From contig JAQTSY010000001.1 of NCBI GenBank assembly GCA_028711065.1, positions 86,610-150,609 of the forward strand: a stretch of DNA of 64,000 nucleotides, in the 5' to 3' direction. The notes beneath the pieces are model-generated. The model saw only the letters and a program-made list of their open reading frames with translations, made no database searches and was not told the origin of the DNA. This DNA is from Minisyncoccota bacterium (GTDB lineage: Bacteria > Patescibacteriota > Minisyncoccia > Phycocordibacterales > JAQTLZ01). Position numbers and translations under genes: made by a program. Shown one piece after another: positions 57,382-64,000 of this stretch; the first letter of the stretch is position 1, and each line of letters starts with the position of its first letter.

Positions 57382-57807
57382 TTATTTCATCGCAAGATAT
57401 GCCGCAGACTTACTCCAACAAGGCTTTGATGCACTCCATGGTGCAGTCCCTTCCTTTTCGTAGAGCACCTTTGCGTACGCGATGTTGCCATCAAGCGTAT
57501 AAAGGTCGAGTCCGAGCTTTTCTGCTTGTTCTGCGTGGTAACCTTCATTGATCTGCATAAGACCAACGTCGTGTTTGTTTACCTCGCCGCGAATGATCTT
57601 TCCATCGGTACCAAACTGTCGAAATTGCGATTCACATCGGGCAACTTCAGCCAAGATCGGAGTATCCTTGAAAACTTCACGAACGTGAGCTTCAAGAGTA
57701 ACCGGCTGATCAACTACAGTACTTGTAAGATTGAGATCAGGAGATACTCCAGGATTTATCGCGCTCACAAGCATCATCATTCCAATACCAGTTGTAAGTC
57801 CTAACAT
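57382..57807 (-). CDS. secreted lytic transglycosylase (SLT) domain protein
   Basis: Signal peptide; 'ARCESQFRQF' carries the catalytic Glu, and 'GLMQINEGYH' carries the SLT 'GLMQ' motif. Confidence 0.65.
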   Translation of the reverse strand: MLGLTTGIGMMMLVSAINPGVSPDLNLTSTVVDQPVTLEAHVREVFKDTPILAEVARCESQFRQFGTDGKIIRGEVNKHDVGLMQINEGYHAEQAEKLGLDLYTLDGNIAYAKVLYEKEGTAPWSASKPCWSKSAAYLAMK

Positions 57808-58103
57808 AATTTTTTTTATTAAAATATCGGCCGTTAAGCCTTTATTTTTAATCCGACCCAGAAGATAGTGCTGACTGATAACTGCATCTTCCTGCCCTTA
57901 AAAGAAAAAATCAGATTGCGTCTGATTTCCTATATACTAACATATTTGATACCCTCCTGTCAAGGGTTAGACAAGGTTTTTCCTCCCCTGTCAACTCAAT
58001 TAAATGGCTCTAAATATAGCTTAAAATGAAAAAAGAGGCCTCTTTTGTTAGACCATAAGTATGACCCTTTTGGCTAGTTGCCGGCCATCCGAGGCCTTTT
58101 TCT

Positions 58104-58712
58104 CTAAATCCAGGGAATTTTGAAGTTTTTGTACTCCGGAAAGAGCGATTTTTCGTAAAAAAGCCTCGAAAACACTTCGGCTTCAAGTTTGGCACCGTTT
58201 ATAGCAACATGTGGCTTCCCTTCTTCAGGCATGCCGACATACACGAGTATGGCGTCCAAATTAAGCGCAGAGCGGTTCTTTTCCATCGGTGGCTCAATCC
58301 CCTTTCTTTTCATATGGAAATAGCATATCGAATGAAGGTCTATCGTCCTGTGGGTCAAAGGCCAATTCAAATGATAACGCTCTACTGTAGCTTTCAAGAA
58401 ATCCCTATCGAAAGAGGGGTTTTGCCCTGCCGTCGTGTGATCAGAACTTTTCAAAGCCCAAGCAAGAAAATGCTCGACGATCTCTTTATCAGTTTGTTTC
58501 TTGCTATCCCCTGCCCCCTCCTTGGTGTAGCCGTTAATTTTCAGAGATTCTTCAGAAATATGGGCGCCCTCAAAGACTCGGCACTCCTCATAAAATTGTC
58601 GGCTTGGATCAAGAAAATCAACCGCTCCGATAGAAAGAATAGAGTTTTTAATTGGATCAACACCCGATGTTTCGATATCTACAACGATCATAGAAATTAA
58701 GGGGTCTGGCAT
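58104..58712 (-). CDS. DEDD-family 3'-5' exonuclease (DnaQ-like)
   Basis: Exo I 'VVDIETSG', plus Exo II/III-like H and D residues. Confidence 0.7.
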   Translation of the reverse strand: MPDPLISMIVVDIETSGVDPIKNSILSIGAVDFLDPSRQFYEECRVFEGAHISEESLKINGYTKEGAGDSKKQTDKEIVEHFLAWALKSSDHTTAGQNPSFDRDFLKATVERYHLNWPLTHRTIDLHSICYFHMKRKGIEPPMEKNRSALNLDAILVYVGMPEEGKPHVAINGAKLEAEVFSRLFYEKSLFPEYKNFKIPWI

Positions 58713-59071
58713 CCCGGGCCAATATGGAGACCGAAGGCTTCGGCTTCTTTTGCTGATGGGAAAGTTATTTTATTTTTTTCTGTAATTCTTTTTGCTCCGC
58801 TGCAAGTCGGGTAGTAATAAGAAGTGCCGGTTTTTGATGCCAAAACCATAGAAGCAGAGAGCCCACTTCCCTGCCCCTCTGCCACGACTTCGCTGGTTGA
58901 ACTTGCAAAATTTTCTATTCGAATTGGTGTCTTCTCCCCTTCGGAAACAGAGAGACGACCGAGTCCGAATGAAGCCGAACCGACCAAAATGATGAGAATT
59001 ACTACAAAAATCCGCTCTTTTGCCGAAGAATCGAGGGTCTTGATTTTTAGAGGAATATCATTTATACTCAT
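58697..59071 (-). CDS. membrane-anchored hypothetical protein with Cys-containing C-terminal motif
   Basis: TM helix '[15 protein letters not shown]'. C-terminus '[12 protein letters not shown]...[18 protein letters not shown]'. Confidence 0.4.
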   Translation of the reverse strand: MSINDIPLKIKTLDSSAKERIFVVILIILVGSASFGLGRLSVSEGEKTPIRIENFASSTSEVVAEGQGSGLSASMVLASKTGTSYYYPTCSGAKRITEKNKITFPSAKEAEAFGLHIGPGCQTP

Positions 59072-59093
59072 TGAACTTAATTATAGCAATATT

Positions 59094-59366
59094 ATGGCAC
59101 ACACCAAGGCGGGCGGAACAGCTCGCAACCTGACAGATTCAAACGCAAAATATCTCGGTATTAAGCTTTACGGAGGAGAGAAAGCGAAACCGGGGAGCAT
59201 CATCGTCCGACAAAGAGGAACGAAAATTTTGGCTGGCAAAAATGTAAAAATCGGATTGGATCACACTCTCTATGCAATCAAAGCGGGCCTCGTGAAGTAC
59301 GGAAATAAGAGACACATGAACTTCAACGGCAAAACTCAAGTAAAGAAGATTGTGAGTGTAAACTAA
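59094..59366 (+). CDS. rpmA: 50S ribosomal protein L27
   Basis: '[29 protein letters not shown]...IIVRQRGTK'. Start inside the longer spurious ORF 58824. Confidence 0.9.
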   Translation: MAHTKAGGTARNLTDSNAKYLGIKLYGGEKAKPGSIIVRQRGTKILAGKNVKIGLDHTLYAIKAGLVKYGNKRHMNFNGKTQVKKIVSVN

Positions 59367-59367
59367 A

Positions 59368-59400
59368 ACAAAAAAACCGGATGAGTCCGGTTTTTTTGTT
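59368..59400. terminator. bidirectional terminator between rpmA and rplI
   Basis: 'aaaaaaaccggatgagtccggttttttt'. Confidence 0.7.
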
Positions 59401-59416
59401 TTAGTGTTTTTAGAAT

Positions 59417-59860
59417 TTAAGCCGGCTCTACGGAGAGCGCGAACACAGTATTTTTCTGCCCAGCCTTCACTTCAATCTTGTGTTCCCCTACTTCCTTAAT
59501 TGGCTTTTCGAGCGTAATAAAATCAGGAAGAATATCAATTTGGGATTGTGCCTTTACCGCCTTTGCAATTTCTTCTTTATGAATTTGTGCGAAAAGATGG
59601 CCTTTTTCGTTTGCTTTTTCCTTGATAACGATCTTCAAAGCTCCAACCGCCTTCAAATTCTTCTCCAAAAGATTTTCTTGGATTTTCTTATCTTCCACAT
59701 CTCGCATCTTTAAAACCTCAACCTTTTTGAGGCTTCCAGGCGTTGCTACCTCCCCTATCCCCTGCGGAATGAGATGATTCAAAGCGTGCCCGTCAGAGAC
59801 GTCTTTTATGTCGTATTTCTTGCCTATATTCTTTGCGTCTTTCAATAATATGATCTTCAT
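59417..59860 (-). CDS. rplI: 50S ribosomal protein L9
   Basis: 'MKIILLKDAKNIGKKYDIKDVSDGHALNHLIPQG'. Confidence 0.85.
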   Translation of the reverse strand: MKIILLKDAKNIGKKYDIKDVSDGHALNHLIPQGIGEVATPGSLKKVEVLKMRDVEDKKIQENLLEKNLKAVGALKIVIKEKANEKGHLFAQIHKEEIAKAVKAQSQIDILPDFITLEKPIKEVGEHKIEVKAGQKNTVFALSVEPA

Positions 59861-59877
59861 AGACGGCTATCTTATAC

Positions 59878-61110
59878 CTATTCTTGCAATAATTCAACTG
59901 CTTTTTCTAATTGAACATCTTTCCCGCCTTCGGCCTGTTTTGAATCAGTTTTGACTTCCACATCAGGCTTTAATCCCTCTTGCGAGATCGAAATGCCATT
60001 CGGAGTGAGCCAACGAGCGATAGTGATCTTGAGAGATGTGTCTGGCGTGAGAGGAACAAGCTCCTGAACCGAGCCTTTACCGAACGTTTTTGTTCCAACA
60101 AGCTTTGCGACTCCATGCTCCGAAAGCGCGCCGGAAAGAATTTCTGCAGCTGAAGCAGATCCTCCATCAACAAGAATGATCATCTTCAAATCCTTTGTAA
60201 AAATATTGTACCCAGCGCTTCGATATGACTGCTCTGGCATACTTTTGCCAAAATCTTCCGTCACTACCACGTCGCCCTTCGGCAAAAACCAACTTGCCAT
60301 AGAAACCGCCGCTTCAAGATATCCTCCCGGATTTCCTCGAAGATCGAGAATGAGCTTATTGGTATGGGCATCAACAAATTCCTGGAGAGCGTTTTTGAAA
60401 AGTACTGGAGAATTTTCGGTAAAGCTATAAAGTTTGATGACAAAAACGCCATCGGGTCTTTTTTTGGTCTCGAGGGTTGGAATATTAATAACATCGCGGA
60501 CCATCGTAATTTCTATCGGCGTTTTCACTCCCTCGCGAACAAAAGTTACTTTAAGCGAAGTCCCCTTCTTGCCACGAATAAGCTGAACTGCGGCGTCAAC
60601 CGACAGGTCAGCAGTTGATTTGTCGCCAATTTTTACAATTCTATCCCCGGTTTTGACACCAGCACGGTATGCAGGCGTATCTTTAATAGCAGAGATAACA
60701 GTCAAAATTCCATCCTTGATGCCGATTTCCATTCCCACTCCTTCAAAATTTCCTGCGATTTCGCTCTTAAACATCGCCGCATCTTTCGGTGGGAAAAATA
60801 CAGTGTACGGATCGCCAAGAGATTGTGTGAGTCCTGCGATTGCTCCCCAAACCTTGTCTTGATCGGTGACTGGAGTGGTTGAAGTACCGTGAGTCGGCAC
60901 ATATTTGTCATTGAGAAGCACCCACGCTTTCCAAAATGGAGAAAAATCTACGCTAACCGGTTTTGCATCTTCTTTATTCGTAACTGTAGTGACTTTTTCA
61001 ATCGCTGGACGTTTATCGAGAGCAACATAATAGCCAGAGAAAAAAGAAGCGGCCAGAAGAAGAACCCCTCCAATAATCAAATATATTTTTTTGCCAGTGG
61101 GTGAATTCAT
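59878..61110 (-). CDS. ctpA: carboxyl-terminal processing protease (S41)
   Basis: PDZ domain with the motifs 'LDLRGNPGG', 'GGSASAAEI' and 'TFGKGSVQ'. Confidence 0.85.
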   Translation of the reverse strand: MNSPTGKKIYLIIGGVLLLAASFFSGYYVALDKRPAIEKVTTVTNKEDAKPVSVDFSPFWKAWVLLNDKYVPTHGTSTTPVTDQDKVWGAIAGLTQSLGDPYTVFFPPKDAAMFKSEIAGNFEGVGMEIGIKDGILTVISAIKDTPAYRAGVKTGDRIVKIGDKSTADLSVDAAVQLIRGKKGTSLKVTFVREGVKTPIEITMVRDVINIPTLETKKRPDGVFVIKLYSFTENSPVLFKNALQEFVDAHTNKLILDLRGNPGGYLEAAVSMASWFLPKGDVVVTEDFGKSMPEQSYRSAGYNIFTKDLKMIILVDGGSASAAEILSGALSEHGVAKLVGTKTFGKGSVQELVPLTPDTSLKITIARWLTPNGISISQEGLKPDVEVKTDSKQAEGGKDVQLEKAVELLQE

Positions 61111-61204
61111 TCTCTTTATGAAAAGAAGCCGGAAGCTCCCGGCAACTCTTACTTACGTTTCATTATCTCAAATAGAAACTCCTCCGGCAAGAGAGAAGAT
61201 TTCC

Positions 61205-61238
61205 CCCGGCGCCAACTTTTGAAAAAGTTGGCGCCGGG
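61205..61238. promoter_or_regulatory. perfect 34-nt GC-rich palindrome in the ctpA/corA divergent promoter region
   Basis: 'cccggcgccaactttttgaaaaagttggcgccggg' ends 15 nt upstream of the CorA-like ATG. Confidence 0.45.
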
Positions 61239-61252
61239 TTATACTAATTCAT

Positions 61253-62167
61253 ATGAGAAACACATACACATACGACAATGTAACCTGGATCGATCTCGAA
61301 AGGCCGACAAGAGAAGAAATTGTAGAGATCACAAAAACGTACGACATCCATCCTTTTATCGAAAAAGAACTTTCCAGCACATCTCTTAAGCCAAAAGTAG
61401 AATCCTACGATAATTCTCTCTACACCATTCTCCACTTCCCTGCCTTGAAACACGGTCATCCGCAAGAAGAGGCGCAGGAAGTTGATTTCATCATCGGCAA
61501 GGATTTTATTATTACCGTCCGTTACGACAGCGTAGACGCACTCGCTGATTTCGCAAAAGCGTTTGAAGCAAAATCCATCACGGACAAAAAATTCAAAATT
61601 ATCGAGCCGGGCGCTATCTTTATACAAATGATATTGCGTCTCTACCGAGCGGTGGATGAAGAGATTGATATTTTGAACGGCTCTCTCGAACATATCAAAA
61701 AACAAATTTTCAATGAGAAGGAGAGAGATATGGTGATTGCGATATCTCACGCAGACAGAGGACTTTTAAATCTCGAGAAAGGGCTTCTCTTCCACGAAGA
61801 AATCCTTGAATCATTGGGGCGTACCGGCGAGCATTATATGGGAAAGGATTTTATCGTAAGCCTGCATAGCGTCCGGGAAATGCAAAGAAATATCAAGCGC
61901 TCGCTTGAACAGACTGGGCGCTATTTGGGAGAGCTCCGGAAGACAAACGATTCCCTGCTCTCGTTGAAACAAAACGAGATTATGCGGGTCTTTACTGTTA
62001 TGGCATTTATAATCTTTCCGCTTTCGCTTCTCACGGATATTCTGACTATTCAGAGTCCCTCTAATCCATTGTACGGAATCCAAAATGATTTCTGGATTAT
62101 TACCGGAATTGTCGTTTTTGTAGGACTTTTTATGTATCTCTTTTTCAAAGGCAAACGCTGGCTCTAG
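61253..62167 (+). CDS. corA: CorA-family divalent cation transporter (variant signature motif)
   Basis: Cytoplasmic N-domain plus two C-terminal TM helices. The signature loop reads 'YGIQNDF' instead of the canonical 'YGMNF'. Confidence 0.65.
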   Translation: MRNTYTYDNVTWIDLERPTREEIVEITKTYDIHPFIEKELSSTSLKPKVESYDNSLYTILHFPALKHGHPQEEAQEVDFIIGKDFIITVRYDSVDALADFAKAFEAKSITDKKFKIIEPGAIFIQMILRLYRAVDEEIDILNGSLEHIKKQIFNEKERDMVIAISHADRGLLNLEKGLLFHEEILESLGRTGEHYMGKDFIVSLHSVREMQRNIKRSLEQTGRYLGELRKTNDSLLSLKQNEIMRVFTVMAFIIFPLSLLTDILTIQSPSNPLYGIQNDFWIITGIVVFVGLFMYLFFKGKRWL

Positions 62168-62231
62168 GGCAGCTATAAGTCGAGTAGCCTGTTAGCTTGT
62201 AGCTTCAATACAGAAAAAACACAAACTCAAA

Positions 62232-63608
62232 ATGCAATCGCTCAAACTCTTCGATACCCTCTCTGGCGAGAAAAAAGAATTCACTCCCCTCTCGGCGCCC
62301 GAGGTGACTATGTATAATTGTGGGCCCACAGTCTACAACTATCTTCATATTGGAAATTTACGGACATTTGTCACGAATGATATTTTGCGTCGAACGCTTG
62401 AATGGAATAAGTACAAAGTAAAACAGGTGATGAACATCACGGATGTAGATGACAAAACCATTCGCGGAGCGCAAGCAGAAAAAGAGTCACTCGCTGATTT
62501 TACAAAAAAGTATGAAGGATTTTTTCTTGAGGATATAAAGGCATTGAACATAGAAATGCCGTGGAATATGCCACACGCGACTGAATACATAACACAAATC
62601 ATTTCTCTTATCGAAAAACTTATCGCGAGTGGAGCGGGATACAAAACAGATGATGGCATTTATTTCGATGTGACCAAAGCCAAAAATTATGGCGCACTTT
62701 CTCGCCTCGAAAAACGCACTGAAACAAAAAGCAGAATTGCGAAAGATGAGTATGACAAAGAAAACCCGAGCGACTTCGCCCTCTGGAAATTTCATAAAGA
62801 AGAAGATGGAGATGTAAAATGGCCGGCGTCCTTCGGGGAGGGCCGTCCCGGCTGGCACATCGAGTGTTCTGCAATGTCCCAAGCGCTCCTCGGAGACACC
62901 ATCGACATCCACACAGGAGGAATTGATTTGATTTTCCCCCACCACACCAACGAAATCGCTCAATCAGAAACAGCGACAGGAAAGCATCCATTTGTAAGAT
63001 ACTGGCTTCATGGAGCATTCTTGAATGTCGCAGAGGGAAAAATGGCAAAATCGGCCGGCAACTTTATCCGTCTTCGAGATTTGAAAGAAAAAGGTATTCA
63101 TCCCCTTTCCTATCGATACTGGCTTCTAAGAGCACACTACCGTACACCTGTCACCTTTAGCTGGGAAGTACTTCAGGGGGCCCAAACCGGATTTGAAAAT
63201 GTCGTTAGAAAAATCGCCGATTTGAAATCAAAAAGTAATTCAGCAGGAAGTGTGATTCCGAATTTTTTTCATTTTGATGAAATAATCAATGATGACCTCG
63301 ATACACCCCTTGGATTAGGCATACTCCACGGTCTCCTTGTGAATGAATCATATACTCCGGCGGATAGGGTTGCAACAGCTCTTTCAATGGACAAAATTTT
63401 TGGCCTTAATCTTAGCGAATTAAGTGAAGAAATAGTAAAAATTCCAAAAGAAATTTTAGCACTCAATGAGCAACGAGAAATTGCCCGAAAAGAAAAAGAT
63501 TGGAAAAAGTCAGACGAGTTAAGAGCGGAAATTGAAAAGCTCGGCTATAAAGTGCTCGATGGAGCAAAAGAAACTACTATTGAAAGAAACTTGTCTTCGC
63601 TTGTATAA
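62232..63608 (+). CDS. cysS: cysteine--tRNA ligase
   Basis: 'HIGN' (the HIGH motif), 'KMAKS' (the KMSKS motif) and Zn-binding Cys residues; 458 aa. Confidence 0.9.
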   Translation: MQSLKLFDTLSGEKKEFTPLSAPEVTMYNCGPTVYNYLHIGNLRTFVTNDILRRTLEWNKYKVKQVMNITDVDDKTIRGAQAEKESLADFTKKYEGFFLEDIKALNIEMPWNMPHATEYITQIISLIEKLIASGAGYKTDDGIYFDVTKAKNYGALSRLEKRTETKSRIAKDEYDKENPSDFALWKFHKEEDGDVKWPASFGEGRPGWHIECSAMSQALLGDTIDIHTGGIDLIFPHHTNEIAQSETATGKHPFVRYWLHGAFLNVAEGKMAKSAGNFIRLRDLKEKGIHPLSYRYWLLRAHYRTPVTFSWEVLQGAQTGFENVVRKIADLKSKSNSAGSVIPNFFHFDEIINDDLDTPLGLGILHGLLVNESYTPADRVATALSMDKIFGLNLSELSEEIVKIPKEILALNEQREIARKEKDWKKSDELRAEIEKLGYKVLDGAKETTIERNLSSLV

Positions 63609-63668
63609 ATAAAAACACGACCAATCTCTTGGTCGTGCACTGCACTATCCTCCTTCCATGCCAATGAA

Positions 63669-64000
63669 TCAGATGAGTCCGAGCTGGCGGGCCAAGCTCT
63701 TCGGGAGCGAAATGCCAATGCCGGAACCGAAAAGCGAGCCGGGGGCCGCGGGCATCTCATCTTCTGTCTTGTTGCGCCAGCCAATCTGCCAGCCCTTGTA
63801 AACGCCGATCTCCGGCTTCGTGGCGACGACCGGATACTGCACCCGGATGGATTCCCACATCACGGTGTTGATGGTATCGTGCTCCACCGACAGCCGATTA
63901 ATGGCGTCAATCTCGTCCTGGTGACTGCCCATGACTGCGTTGAAATCAAGACCCTTGCCGGCTGCGATCGCGTCGGCGGCCTCGTGCGCCACTTTCGCTT
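63669..64000 (-). CDS. hypothetical protein, 5'-partial (continues beyond window end), GC-rich
   Basis: Minus-strand ORF with no stop codon through nt 64000. About 62% GC, far above background. Confidence 0.35.
   Translation of the reverse strand, partial: AKVAHEAADAIAAGKGLDFNAVMGSHQDEIDAINRLSVEHDTINTVMWESIRVQYPVVATKPEIGVYKGWQIGWRNKTEDEMPAAPGSLFGSGIGISLPKSLARQLGLI

Noticed and set aside
62345-63048. Three minus-strand ORFs (104-158 aa) within cysS
   Set aside because: Antisense to a class I aaRS with intact HIGH and KMSKS motifs.
1-64000. CRISPR arrays, rRNA genes, transposases/IS elements
   Set aside because: No regularly spaced direct repeats, no rRNA-like conserved stretches and no transposase-like ORFs were seen. 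The only mobile-like signal is the nested palindrome at 45233-45405.

Overview
This 64 kb window is an AT-rich (about 40% GC), tightly packed bacterial segment. By inference from its minimal gene versions and many small membrane proteins, it resembles a CPR/Patescibacteria (Parcubacteria-like) chromosome. The core content is housekeeping: part of the ribosomal alpha operon (infA-rpmJ-rpsM-rpsK-rpsD-rpoA-rplQ-rplM-rpsI), rpmA and rplI, a grpE-dnaK-dnaJ chaperone locus interrupted by extra genes, and a partial cell-division/cell-wall cluster (DacA-like carboxypeptidase, mraY, ftsW, murG, M23 peptidase, a MurF-like ligase, mltG, an SLT-domain protein, ctpA). Six aminoacyl-tRNA synthetases are present (alaS, proS, trpS, aspS, gltX, cysS), plus tRNA-Pro, proCAB, trpBA, mnmA, scpAB and a uracil-DNA glycosylase.

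Features worth a second look:
- Two T-box riboswitch leaders identified directly from sequence: one Trp-type upstream of trpB-trpA-trpS, one Asp-type upstream of aspS.
- A GC-rich (about 55%) B12-binding radical-SAM gene wedged between mraY and ftsW, preceded by a nested 170-nt palindromic element.
- A minus-strand operon encoding a DegT aminotransferase fused to a FemAB aminoacyl-tRNA transferase, a MurF-like ligase and an alpha/beta hydrolase.
- A beta-propeller fused to a D-Ala-D-Ala carboxypeptidase.
- An archaeal-type pyruvoyl arginine decarboxylase next to a DMT transporter and a DUF2156 (MprF C-terminal-like) protein.
- A proline locus (proS, tRNA-Pro, proC, proA, proB) with mosaic GC content.
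- A DUF4258/DUF2283 toxin-antitoxin pair directly after the ribosomal operon.
- A small accessory islet carrying an Lnu/ANT-like nucleotidyltransferase.

No CRISPR array, rRNA gene or recognisable transposase was found.
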